Shown here piece after piece: positions 28,639-37,041 of a stretch of 64,000 bases of DNA; positions within the stretch are counted from its first letter, which is position 1, and every line of letters begins with the position of its first letter. The notes beneath the pieces were generated by a model. It was not told the DNA's origin. It saw nothing but the letters and a program-made list of their open reading frames with translations, and made no database searches. Both the position numbers and the translations under genes were made by a program. The DNA is from Candidatus Uhrbacteria bacterium. GTDB taxonomy: Bacteria; Patescibacteriota; Patescibacteriia; UBA9934. The stretch spans positions 705 through 64,704 of the forward strand of contig CALRHE010000002.1 of the NCBI GenBank assembly GCA_943359345.1, given 5' to 3'.

Positions 28639-29919
28639 TTAGAGGAGTTTTTCTTGTTTATGCTGACCAATAACCTGTGTATCGATCTCGCCTTCGGCAA
28701 AGTGTAGCGTCAGTCGCTCACCCACCGCAAGTCGGAGTGGATCCCTGATAATTCCCCTAGCATTACGCACAATGGCATAACCACGCCGCAAAACCGTGTC
28801 TGGGTTAACACTCTCAAGCAAACGTTCAAAGGCCTTAAGGCCAGAACTCAAGCGTTCAAGAGTTAAGCGATAACGTTGTTCGTTAGCTTGCTCGCGCCGT
28901 TCAAGGTGTTCGCGTGTGGCTACGATGCTCAAGCGGAAACGATCAAAAGCATGTGATAAGCCTGTTGTTACCCCCTGGAACCGATGACCAACACCTATAA
29001 ACGTGCGTTCGAACAACATGGTTGATCTTTCGATACGAGCAAAATAGCCACTCAAACGGCCAGTCAGTCGGTCCTGAAGTCGATCTTCAATATACGCAAC
29101 CTGCCGCAGCAAGTCACGGCGATCGGCGTAAATGAGCTCGGCGGCGTTAGAAGGTGTCGAGGCCCGCACGTCGGATACAAAGTCGCATAAACTTTCGTCA
29201 CGCTCATGACCAACACCAACCACAACAGGAACGAGCGAGCCAAACACGGCCCGCACCACACGTTCGTCATTAAAAGCGTGCAGCTCTTCCAAGCTGCCAC
29301 CACCCCTGGTTAAGACGATGAGCTCAGGTCGCTCGTTGACTGGCAGTTGATTAAAAGTCGTAAAAGCCGCGCAGATCTCATCCACCGCATATTGACCTTG
29401 CACATGTACATTGGCGTGTACGATAGTGATGCCGCCGATACGATTACTCAGGATACGGATAAAGTCACCGTATGCAGCAGCTTCTTTTGAAGTGATTAAC
29501 CCGATTGTTTGCGGGAATCTTGGCAAGGCTCGCTTGCGAGCAAGCTCGAACAAACCCTCAGCCGTCAACTTGGCTTTTAACATTGCATAGGCCTTGGCGA
29601 ACGCGCCCTCGCCCACCGGCGTAACTGAACTAACGTTCAGCGAAAATTTACCAAAACGCTCAAACACTTTGGCATACCCAGAAGCTCGCACTCGCATGCC
29701 GCTCTGGATGGGAAGGCCGAGCTGATAAGTGGTCATGAAACAGGGTAACTTGGCATCGATGCTTTCGTCTTTCAAATCAAAGGTTACCCACTTGCCTTGC
29801 GAAATTTTAAAATCTGCTACCTCACCCTCAATCATAAACGTCTCCGAAGGAATACTTCGGAGTGTTTGATTGACGAGTCCCAGAAACTGGGCCACTGAAA
29901 TGGTGGGGATCTCAAGCAT
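28639..29919 (-). CDS. xseA: Exodeoxyribonuclease VII large subunit
   Basis: EGEV, EGLF...RKR.LP.FP, RGGGS.EEL..FNDE, GVGHERD, RASTPS.AAE. Confidence 0.95.
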   Translation of the reverse strand: MLEIPTISVAQFLGLVNQTLRSIPSETFMIEGEVADFKISQGKWVTFDLKDESIDAKLPCFMTTYQLGLPIQSGMRVRASGYAKVFERFGKFSLNVSSVTPVGEGAFAKAYAMLKAKLTAEGLFELARKRALPRFPQTIGLITSKEAAAYGDFIRILSNRIGGITIVHANVHVQGQYAVDEICAAFTTFNQLPVNERPELIVLTRGGGSLEELHAFNDERVVRAVFGSLVPVVVGVGHERDESLCDFVSDVRASTPSNAAELIYADRRDLLRQVAYIEDRLQDRLTGRLSGYFARIERSTMLFERTFIGVGHRFQGVTTGLSHAFDRFRLSIVATREHLERREQANEQRYRLTLERLSSGLKAFERLLESVNPDTVLRRGYAIVRNARGIIRDPLRLAVGERLTLHFAEGEIDTQVIGQHKQEKLL

Positions 29920-29920
29920 G

Positions 29921-30772
29921 CTAGACAGGTTCAATATACATAATACGCTTCGGACCGTTGGTTGGATCCTCATTAATCCAATCACCCATAGCCTCCATGA
30001 TCACGTCGATGTCATAAATATAATTCTGGCCAAGTCTGGTGCCGGGATCGTTGGTGATAAAGGTCGTCTCGGTATAACCACGAATGACTAGCATATGGTA
30101 GAGCGGCCCCTCACCAGTGAAGTTGGGGTTGCCAAGCTCGCGACCAGCGGCTGGAACAATAACTGGCTTGCCAGCTGCGATCAGAGCCTTAATGTCGTCG
30201 CTGGTGGGGTTGTCGATAATGATCGCCTTGGTGCCTGAATCTTTAAGTAAAAACTCTTGAGCTTGAGCTAGGCTGATACTCGGACCCATACCCAAACTTT
30301 CTTCCGCCTGCACCATGCGTATGAGTTCCGGATCTGCCACAACAGGATCAAGTTCACCAACCGCAGCTCCAGCATAATATTCAAGCACCATGTAAAAGGC
30401 CGCTTCCTCACAAGCATCATTATGCAGCTCATCCCAATTACGGTACGGGGCCTGAGATGTAAACGGTACAGCTAAGTTAAACTCAAGCGGCGGCAGTGCT
30501 GGCACTGGCTCAGTTTTTGGCTCAAGCTCTGTATCGAGTTCCATCACTAAGTCCGGCTCCGGAGCAGGTACAGGTGCTGGCTGTGTTTCAGACGTTGGCT
30601 TGGTGACTTCGACATAAGTCACCGCCGGGATGTCAGAGCTAGGCGTCGGCTGAACTCGCAACGCTTCGATAATCTTTAAACTAAAGGCGACTATTAGAAC
30701 GACTAAAATCAAGAAGGCATACCAGGGGTTAAATTTTTTTTCCTGTCGGCGGCGGCGCGGAAAAGCCATCAT
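29921..30772 (-). CDS. C39-like peptidase, membrane-anchored
   Basis: VPFTSQAP...DACEEAA...YHMLVIRGY...NDPG (Cys/His/Asp). Confidence 0.8.
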   Translation of the reverse strand: MMAFPRRRRQEKKFNPWYAFLILVVLIVAFSLKIIEALRVQPTPSSDIPAVTYVEVTKPTSETQPAPVPAPEPDLVMELDTELEPKTEPVPALPPLEFNLAVPFTSQAPYRNWDELHNDACEEAAFYMVLEYYAGAAVGELDPVVADPELIRMVQAEESLGMGPSISLAQAQEFLLKDSGTKAIIIDNPTSDDIKALIAAGKPVIVPAAGRELGNPNFTGEGPLYHMLVIRGYTETTFITNDPGTRLGQNYIYDIDVIMEAMGDWINEDPTNGPKRIMYIEPV

Positions 30773-32157
30773 AATGGTTGGGATAAACTCCAGTTGCGCA
30801 GCGCCCAGGTAGCCCGAACGTCGTCCTCATTGTAATCGATCACGTCTTGCAGTGATTGCTGATTCCCGCTTTTTAACCAGTCTTCAAACCAGAGAACCGA
30901 ATTCAAGCCCGAAGCGTCATCGTGCCGCCAGCGAAAACCAATGTACTGAGCAATATCTTTAAGAGAATAAAATGACAACGGAAAAACTACAGCTTCCCGT
31001 AAGCGCACCAGAATATCGATAGACTGTTCTTCGAGCATTAACAAGACCTCGCGATCAGTCCCATACTTTTCTCCCAAGCTCCGAAAAATATCTTGTTCAG
31101 ACCAACCATAATGATAAATCGGCGTGCCGATGTAACCACGTACAAACTTGATAAATTGCTCCCAAGCTTGCTGCTCGTGTTCAGGGTCCTTGGCTAAAAA
31201 GGCATGATATTTTTCGTCTTTGCCATTAACCTCAAGTACGCCAAACAAGTAGTGAGCGTCGCGCAACGGATCACTTTCAACATCAACAATCAGAGCGGTG
31301 TCGCCAGCGGGGAGATCAACTGGCCGCAAAATAAAGTGTCGCTTTTCGGCCAAAGCTCGAGCCTGCAGGTGAAGAAACTCCAAGCGATCGCGAGCTACAC
31401 CCGTAACCTTGCTCGCTACTAGATCAGGGTGAACAGCGGCAAGCTCAGTCACAGTAGTGAAGCCAGCTGAGTTAAATTCCTTCACCTCGCTCCGCCAAAT
31501 TCGGTTTAAACGTGACAGATCATCACAGATCACAGCCTGTTTTTTACACTCGTGAAACCAAGGTGATTGTTTACAGTCAGAGGTGAGGAAATGCGGCTCA
31601 GCATCACCGTCCAAAATACGCTCAATCGAATCAAGCGTAAGATGATATCGGGTAGCCGTTTCCGACAATAAATAACTTTCTATTTCGCCATTCGGACGCA
31701 TGACGTAACCCTGGATCGGCTTATTGCCCTGGATCAACCCCAAAATCTCGGCATAAAAACAGCCCTGTACCCTGTACTCATCCTTCAAATGCCTGGAGCG
31801 CTTAATGTCGCAAGCGATGTAATAATAATTTCCAAAACTCGACTTACCTTCGACCCTCTCTAGAATATCTGGTCTGGCTACAAACCGATCATGAATCAGC
31901 ACGCCACGATATATGCTCTGAGCCCCCTTTTTCATCTCTTCAAGCGTGTGAACAACAGCTTCATCCATGTCTTCGGCCACAATCTCAACCACCTTCCGGT
32001 TGGCCAGCAATTTGCGTTCAACTTCAGGCAAGAGTCCATCCTCTTGCAAACGCCGACGCAAAGCATCCTCAAGATGCCCGGCCTTGGCATCATGTGCCAC
32101 CCAAGACGGACACTTTAAATATTGATAAAAAGTATGTTCGTAAATGCGCGGGCGCAT
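30769..32157 (-). CDS. TM0106 family RecB-like nuclease with RNase H-like C-domain
   Basis: RPDIL...DIK.S...Q..FY PD-(D/E)xK motif; DVESDP, YHYG..E, YSLK.IA, YNEDD. Confidence 0.88.
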   Translation of the reverse strand: MRPRIYEHTFYQYLKCPSWVAHDAKAGHLEDALRRRLQEDGLLPEVERKLLANRKVVEIVAEDMDEAVVHTLEEMKKGAQSIYRGVLIHDRFVARPDILERVEGKSSFGNYYYIACDIKRSRHLKDEYRVQGCFYAEILGLIQGNKPIQGYVMRPNGEIESYLLSETATRYHLTLDSIERILDGDAEPHFLTSDCKQSPWFHECKKQAVICDDLSRLNRIWRSEVKEFNSAGFTTVTELAAVHPDLVASKVTGVARDRLEFLHLQARALAEKRHFILRPVDLPAGDTALIVDVESDPLRDAHYLFGVLEVNGKDEKYHAFLAKDPEHEQQAWEQFIKFVRGYIGTPIYHYGWSEQDIFRSLGEKYGTDREVLLMLEEQSIDILVRLREAVVFPLSFYSLKDIAQYIGFRWRHDDASGLNSVLWFEDWLKSGNQQSLQDVIDYNEDDVRATWALRNWSLSQPL

Positions 32158-32189
32158 ACTTTAAGGATATAGGACAGCGCCCAAAAAAG

Positions 32190-33200
32190 CTAAAGCTTTC
32201 TCACGATCCCCTGGTTGGCATCGACTTCTACCATATCGCCGTCCTTGAAGACTTTGCTAGCGATCTTGGTGCCAATGATACACGGCTTCCCAAGTTCACG
32301 AGCAACAATTGCGGCATGGCAGGTGATGCCACCCTCATCTGTAACAAAGGCTACGGCCTTTTTCATGGCGGGCAAGAAGTCAGGAGTAGTCATCGGCGAA
32401 ACAATGACGTCACCTACCTCTACCTGAGCAACTTGATCTTTCTTTCTTACAATCTTGACCCGTCCTCGGGCAAGTCCCATTTGAGCTATCTGGCCCTTGA
32501 TCTCACGCCAACCTTCTTGCTCATTCGCGTGATCTTGCAAGACAATAACGGGACGCGTTTGGATGTATTCGTGCAATGAAATGAGGCCTAATGGCTGGCC
32601 ATCTACAAACAGAAATTTAGCGCACCGCTCCTCTAAAATTGCTGGGTCAAGCCCGGCTTCAAGATCAGCCATGGTGACATGTGAGATCAAATCAAGATGA
32701 TGTGGTAGCAAATTGCACAAAGATGCTTGGATATATTTTTCCGCATCCACAAAAAACTGATCTTCGCTCCTTATCTGCATACCTTCGTCACGAGCCGCCT
32801 GCAGAGATTCTTCGCAGGTAATGACGTAAAAAAGCGTGTGTAGATTAGCCAAGGCTTCGCGCATCTTCACGAGCGATGCCTTGAGTTCGCCTACAGCTTG
32901 CGAAGGCCGTGACCACATATCTTGCAGATCGCTCAACTGCTGACGATACGTGCTCGCCGTCTGACGGATGAGCTCAAGATTTTGCCCATAAGTTTGTCCG
33001 GCCTTGGCCACCATCCAATCTTGATAAGCGATGTTCATCCAGATGTCGATCAGTCCGTCAGCGGCGTCAATAAAAATTGCCGGGCGTGGAAAATCCAAAT
33101 CACCAAAACGTACCGGAAGATCGATCAAACTAGTTTGCATCCAAATTTCCTGCGTTAGCAGAGCTGATTCACGACTGTATTTTTTCTCAAAGACAATCAT
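32190..33200 (-). CDS. PEP-utilising enzyme swivel (phospho-His) domain fused to an uncharacterised N-domain
   Basis: C-terminal MTTPDF...TDEGGITCHAAIVARELGKPCIIGT; N-terminal ~230 aa unassigned. Confidence 0.85.
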   Translation of the reverse strand: MIVFEKKYSRESALLTQEIWMQTSLIDLPVRFGDLDFPRPAIFIDAADGLIDIWMNIAYQDWMVAKAGQTYGQNLELIRQTASTYRQQLSDLQDMWSRPSQAVGELKASLVKMREALANLHTLFYVITCEESLQAARDEGMQIRSEDQFFVDAEKYIQASLCNLLPHHLDLISHVTMADLEAGLDPAILEERCAKFLFVDGQPLGLISLHEYIQTRPVIVLQDHANEQEGWREIKGQIAQMGLARGRVKIVRKKDQVAQVEVGDVIVSPMTTPDFLPAMKKAVAFVTDEGGITCHAAIVARELGKPCIIGTKIASKVFKDGDMVEVDANQGIVRKL

Positions 33201-33202
33201 AT

Positions 33203-33820
33203 TCAGATAACTTTCGCGGCTTCTTGCAGCGCCTCCTGGAAAAGATTTTGCAGTGTGTTCATACGCCCCTCATCAGCTCGCTGCAGAGCACTGACGTACT
33301 CTCGTCTACGCATTGGGGTTTCAACGTGCAACTCGACAGGTGGCAAATCAAGATTGAGCAAAATAATATTCGTCAGCAAGCGCCCGATTCGACCGTTGTA
33401 ATCTTGAAAAGGATGGATCCAAAGAAAGCTATGATGAGCCCAAGCCAATAGCTCAATCAGTTGTTCTAGAAACTTCGGATCCTGCACGGTTGGCAAATGG
33501 CGTATCCGTTCAGCGAGATCGGCACAATAGTCGGCCATGCGTTCTGGAACTTTTATAAATTTGGGAGGGTGATGTTTTGAAACCTGTACGTCAACTTTAC
33601 GAAATCGACCGCCAAGATCCGGAAAGATCCATTTGAAACCTATCTCGTGCAACTTCTTGAGGAGCTCGGGCGTGATCGCGATCTCCGTTGTTTGACTCAA
33701 CCGTAAAACAAAATCCCATGCCCGTTGGATTCCCTCGAGCTCGAGCGGGATCAACTGAGAACGTGGAATAATGCCAAAGGCCGTATCCTTGTAGCTTGTC
33801 TCACCTGCTCTACGAGCCAT
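33203..33820 (-). CDS. Fic domain protein
   Basis: GRFR..DV.V flap; HPFQDYNGRIGR, a variant of HPFxxGNGRxxR. Confidence 0.92.
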   Translation of the reverse strand: MARRAGETSYKDTAFGIIPRSQLIPLELEGIQRAWDFVLRLSQTTEIAITPELLKKLHEIGFKWIFPDLGGRFRKVDVQVSKHHPPKFIKVPERMADYCADLAERIRHLPTVQDPKFLEQLIELLAWAHHSFLWIHPFQDYNGRIGRLLTNIILLNLDLPPVELHVETPMRRREYVSALQRADEGRMNTLQNLFQEALQEAAKVI

Positions 33821-33825
33821 AAAGC

Positions 33826-34005
33826 CTATGTTCGCTTGCGCATCGACGCAGTTACCATTTGCCTGGTGGTTTCAGGGTTTTCGGTTTTAGTCGTACGATA
33901 AAGCATCTTAGGTAAAAACCTGCGAAGATAGTTCCTACGCACTGCGCTTCTTTTAGAAGAACGCTGATAGCGGAGCAGCGATAACAAAATTCCCTTATTC
34001 AACAT
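33826..34005 (-). CDS. Putative Fic antitoxin (59 aa)
   Basis: MLNKGILLSLLRYQRSSKRSAVRRNYLRRFLPKMLYRTTKTENPETTRQMVTASMRKRT*; TTKTEN fits the (S/T)xxxE(G/N) inhibitory motif; ends 5 nt upstream of fic. Confidence 0.7.
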   Translation of the reverse strand: MLNKGILLSLLRYQRSSKRSAVRRNYLRRFLPKMLYRTTKTENPETTRQMVTASMRKRT

Positions 34006-34044
34006 ATTAACTAAACGGTAGCATGCTTAAAAGATCCTCACAAC

Positions 34045-34980
34045 TCATAACGTCGTAATTGGCCGGCTTTGGAGAATATACGCTTTTCCATCCTCCATCG
34101 CCCATTCGATGTCGCAGGGGAAGCCATAGTGAGTTTCGATGTTCTTGAAAATTTGCACAAGGGCATGAAGCTTATCAGAAGCAATCTTCTGTCGAGCAAC
34201 TTTGTCAGTTGGAACACCGACGCGTTCATTGCTGTGCTGACCTCGAACCAACATGAAGTCTTGAGCAGCGATATTCACGTCGATGATCGAGTCGTCACGC
34301 TTGTCGACAATGTAAGCATCAGGCGTGACCATCCCACCGACGATGTATTCGCCTAGGCCCCAACAAGCTTCGATGATCATTTGGTTGACGTCACGTGTGA
34401 CGGGGTGGACGGTAAACGTGATGCCAGAGACCTCACTTTGAACCATCTGTTGAATGACAACCGCAACTGAAACATACGACTTGCGCATACCTTTTTCGTT
34501 GCGGTACACGATGGCTCGCGGAGTAAACAATGACGCCCAGCATTTCTTCACGTTGCCGAGCAAAACTTTTTCTGTGGTATTCAAATAACTCTCAAGTTCC
34601 CCCGCCCAACTAGCCGTAGACGAGTCTTCGGCTGTGGCTGACGAACGAACGGCGACGAACTCGGAGCCGAGTTTGTGAAACTCGCTCAAAATTTGTGTTT
34701 CGATGTCCGCCGGAAATCTCGCATCGTGTAAAAGATCGTGAAGAATGCGTGAAGCTCGCTCAACCGAAGCCACGTCATCGTAATTTACTTTATTAAGTTC
34801 GGCCTCAACTTCCGCTTTCAAATTCGTCTCGTCGAGAAACCTGTCAAAGGCACTAGCAAGAATCACAAACCCAGGCGGGACAGGAATCCCGGCCTGAGTC
34901 ATCTCTCCGAGCGACGCGCCTTTACCCCCGGCTTCGTGGACAGAATTTTTGCTTAGCTGCGTGAAGGGCTTTACGAACAT
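34045..34980 (-). CDS. Stand-alone PEP synthase/PPDK N-terminal ATP-grasp domain
   Basis: GGKGASLGEM, AVRSSATAEDS, SWAG, GLGE.IVGG..TPD, DIEWA...LQSRPITTL then stop. Confidence 0.92.
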   Translation of the reverse strand: MFVKPFTQLSKNSVHEAGGKGASLGEMTQAGIPVPPGFVILASAFDRFLDETNLKAEVEAELNKVNYDDVASVERASRILHDLLHDARFPADIETQILSEFHKLGSEFVAVRSSATAEDSSTASWAGELESYLNTTEKVLLGNVKKCWASLFTPRAIVYRNEKGMRKSYVSVAVVIQQMVQSEVSGITFTVHPVTRDVNQMIIEACWGLGEYIVGGMVTPDAYIVDKRDDSIIDVNIAAQDFMLVRGQHSNERVGVPTDKVARQKIASDKLHALVQIFKNIETHYGFPCDIEWAMEDGKAYILQSRPITTL

Positions 34981-35014
34981 ATAAACGATGCCCTCCAACT
35001 TAAATCTGTAGTTT

Positions 35015-35623
35015 TTAGTCCTGAGTTGATTTGTCCTCCACCACCACCTTAGTCATGACATCACCCACCTTGATTTTATCTACCACGTCCATGCCCTCGA
35101 GTACGCGGCCGAAAACCGTGTAATTATTATCCAAGAAATAAGCTGGGCCAAGCGTGATGTAGAACTGACTACCGGCGGAGTTGGGGTCCATGGAGCGGGC
35201 CATGGCTACAATCCCGCGGTCGTGCTTAACCGCATTGAATTCGGCAGGGATTGAATACCCTGGGCCACCAGTACCATTGCCAAGCGGGTCACCGCCCTGA
35301 ATGACAAACCCGTCTTCACGACGATGGAATTTCAAACCATCGTAATAACCACCTTGAGTCAGGTACACAAAATTAGACACGGTTACAGGCGCTACATCAG
35401 ACAACAGTTCAAACACAATGTCACCTTTGTCGGTAGTTATGCGAATGTGTTTGTTTTCAAGCTGGTCGGCAGGTAATTGACCTGGAAAAGTCCAGGTGGG
35501 GGTGTCAGCTGACATAGAGGTTTCCAATGAATCATCAAGGGTGTCTGACTCCGATTCTACACAACCCGCACCAAACGTCAAAAAGGCCAGTGCTAAAAAC
35601 ACGGATGGGGAAAGCTTTAACAT
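35015..35623 (-). CDS. Cyclophilin-type peptidyl-prolyl isomerase (lipoprotein)
   Basis: Lipobox FGAGC; [33 protein letters not shown]. Confidence 0.93.
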   Translation of the reverse strand: MLKLSPSVFLALAFLTFGAGCVESESDTLDDSLETSMSADTPTWTFPGQLPADQLENKHIRITTDKGDIVFELLSDVAPVTVSNFVYLTQGGYYDGLKFHRREDGFVIQGGDPLGNGTGGPGYSIPAEFNAVKHDRGIVAMARSMDPNSAGSQFYITLGPAYFLDNNYTVFGRVLEGMDVVDKIKVGDVMTKVVVEDKSTQD

Positions 35624-35633
35624 AGACACAAAA

Positions 35634-35897
35634 TTATTCAGTTTGAGCATGCGCAACCTGCGCTTCCAAGGCTTCAACCTTGGCCCCCTGAACTTCTAGT
35701 GCGTAAATCGATGTAAACAAAACCGCTGTCAAAGAAAAGACTAACACTAACATAAGTGCCATCAATTCCATGCTGCCGGCTGGCAAAGCATGGCAACTAC
35801 GACACACATTCGGTACTGACTGGATGGGAGTTGCGGATAGGGCCGACTTTCGTGCCCGGGCCGAGCTAACTTTTTTCGCGCGTGATGATGTAGGCAT
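35634..35897 (-). CDS. Small membrane protein
   Basis: Basic N-terminus, CxxC, one TM helix, coiled-coil tail; tightly packed in the operon. Confidence 0.55.
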   Translation of the reverse strand: MPTSSRAKKVSSARARKSALSATPIQSVPNVCRSCHALPAGSMELMALMLVLVFSLTAVLFTSIYALEVQGAKVEALEAQVAHAQTE

Positions 35898-35911
35898 ACC
35901 TCCCGAGTAGG

Positions 35912-36685
35912 CTAAATTTGAATCTTATCAAGTATACCATATTCGCTCAGTGGTTGAAGTGGCTCAGCCTGAGCACAACCACCGTTGCTTGAGGTGAACC
36001 ATCGGGCCACAAACACAAACTTTAAACTTGTAGGGGCGTCACCGATGTCAACTATAGCCTGCCGTTCAAGACGTGAACTAGCCTCGCCGTCGCCTACCCT
36101 GACCACGCCATTACACCCGCCTTGTTCTCCAAGCTCCAGAATACGCACCAACTCTTGATCTGGCTGGCTGAAACCGACAGCGATTTCGTAACCGACAGCT
36201 TCGGACGGAGCTTCTGCCAGGAGTTCATCGTAGACGTTAGTAAACACTGGTGGGTTAAAATCCAATACGTTACCAAGCGCAAAGGTACCCAACCTAGCAG
36301 TTTCGATAGTAATCAATTCTGAGGTGTGAGCTACAACCGGCGTAACCGCTTCCCACATATCTAGACTCTCGTGAAAACGATACACACGATACCCGTCAAT
36401 CAAGGCTAGATCCGTCTCGAAAATTTTAAAACTCACTCTGACAGGCTCTTCTAGAACAACTCCATCAGGGGTAGTCAGGTACCCTGAACCGATCAACGGC
36501 GCCGCGAGTGCAGAGCCCATTGTCACAGTTAGCGGCTGCGTGTTTCTAACAAACCCGGTCACGGTGGCAATCCCGTCTAGGCTGCTCACACTCGAGTCTT
36601 CGGGATTTATAAACATCAAATATCCAGCCGTAATCAGCGCAACTGCCAAAATCGTCAAAGATGAAAGCCCACGTTCAGACAACAT
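35912..36685 (-). CDS. Hypothetical exported protein
   Basis: 257-aa ORF with an N-terminal TM anchor. Confidence 0.6.
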   Translation of the reverse strand: MLSERGLSSLTILAVALITAGYLMFINPEDSSVSSLDGIATVTGFVRNTQPLTVTMGSALAAPLIGSGYLTTPDGVVLEEPVRVSFKIFETDLALIDGYRVYRFHESLDMWEAVTPVVAHTSELITIETARLGTFALGNVLDFNPPVFTNVYDELLAEAPSEAVGYEIAVGFSQPDQELVRILELGEQGGCNGVVRVGDGEASSRLERQAIVDIGDAPTSLKFVFVARWFTSSNGGCAQAEPLQPLSEYGILDKIQI

Positions 36686-36780
36686 GGGACAAGTATAACA
36701 AACAGAAGACCCTCGTTAGCAATCTCCCAGCAGAGGCTGAGCGACTTAAAACGAGGGCCGAGACAAAACGGAGTGTAGAA

Positions 36781-36982
36781 AACAGATACGGATGTGGTCC
36801 GTGATACGTGCAGGCTTGCGGCGCAAACGTTTGGCGCCGCATCGGGGTTCCCCAACCCCTTACTCCTGCACGGAGAGTTTACCTGCGCCGCCCCCGACGC
36901 AGACTCTACACAGCTTACTAAGCGGCTTCTACTCAAGCTCGCGTCTCAGCTGCCATCACGGCCACGCTATCCGCATCTTGTT
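36781..36982 (-). ncRNA. Unidentified multi-branch structured RNA
   Basis: Closing helices plus three arms; G-U pairs favour the minus strand; own promoter upstream and a hairpin with U-rich tail at 36709-36758. Confidence 0.7.
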
Positions 36983-36997
36983 CATGTACGTAAACAG

Positions 36998-37026
36998 AGC
37001 TTACATGAATGTTACGCAAAAGTCAA
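36998..37026 (-). promoter_or_regulatory. Sigma70 promoter for the 36.8-kb RNA
   Basis: TTGACT-N17-TAAGCT on the minus strand. Confidence 0.65.
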
Positions 37027-37041
37027 ATTCGAGACCCCACG

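Noticed and set aside
30769-32157. Cas4 or a defence island
   Set aside because: The RecB-like plus RNase H-like architecture matches the widespread TM0106 family; no cas1 or other defence genes are adjacent
32190-34980. ppsA pseudogene disrupted by an insertion
   Set aside because: Both halves are intact ORFs ending at domain boundaries, the domain order is not PpsA-like, and no pyruvate-binding domain remnant is present
36915-36935. GUAGAAGCCGCUUA resembling the RNase P 3' consensus
   Set aside because: The required GAGGAAAGUCC partner is absent and the motif lies near the 5' end of the RNA
36781-36982. SAM riboswitch because of proximity to metK
   Set aside because: It lies downstream of metK, has its own promoter, and shows no SAM-I AUC...GAU core that I could recognise
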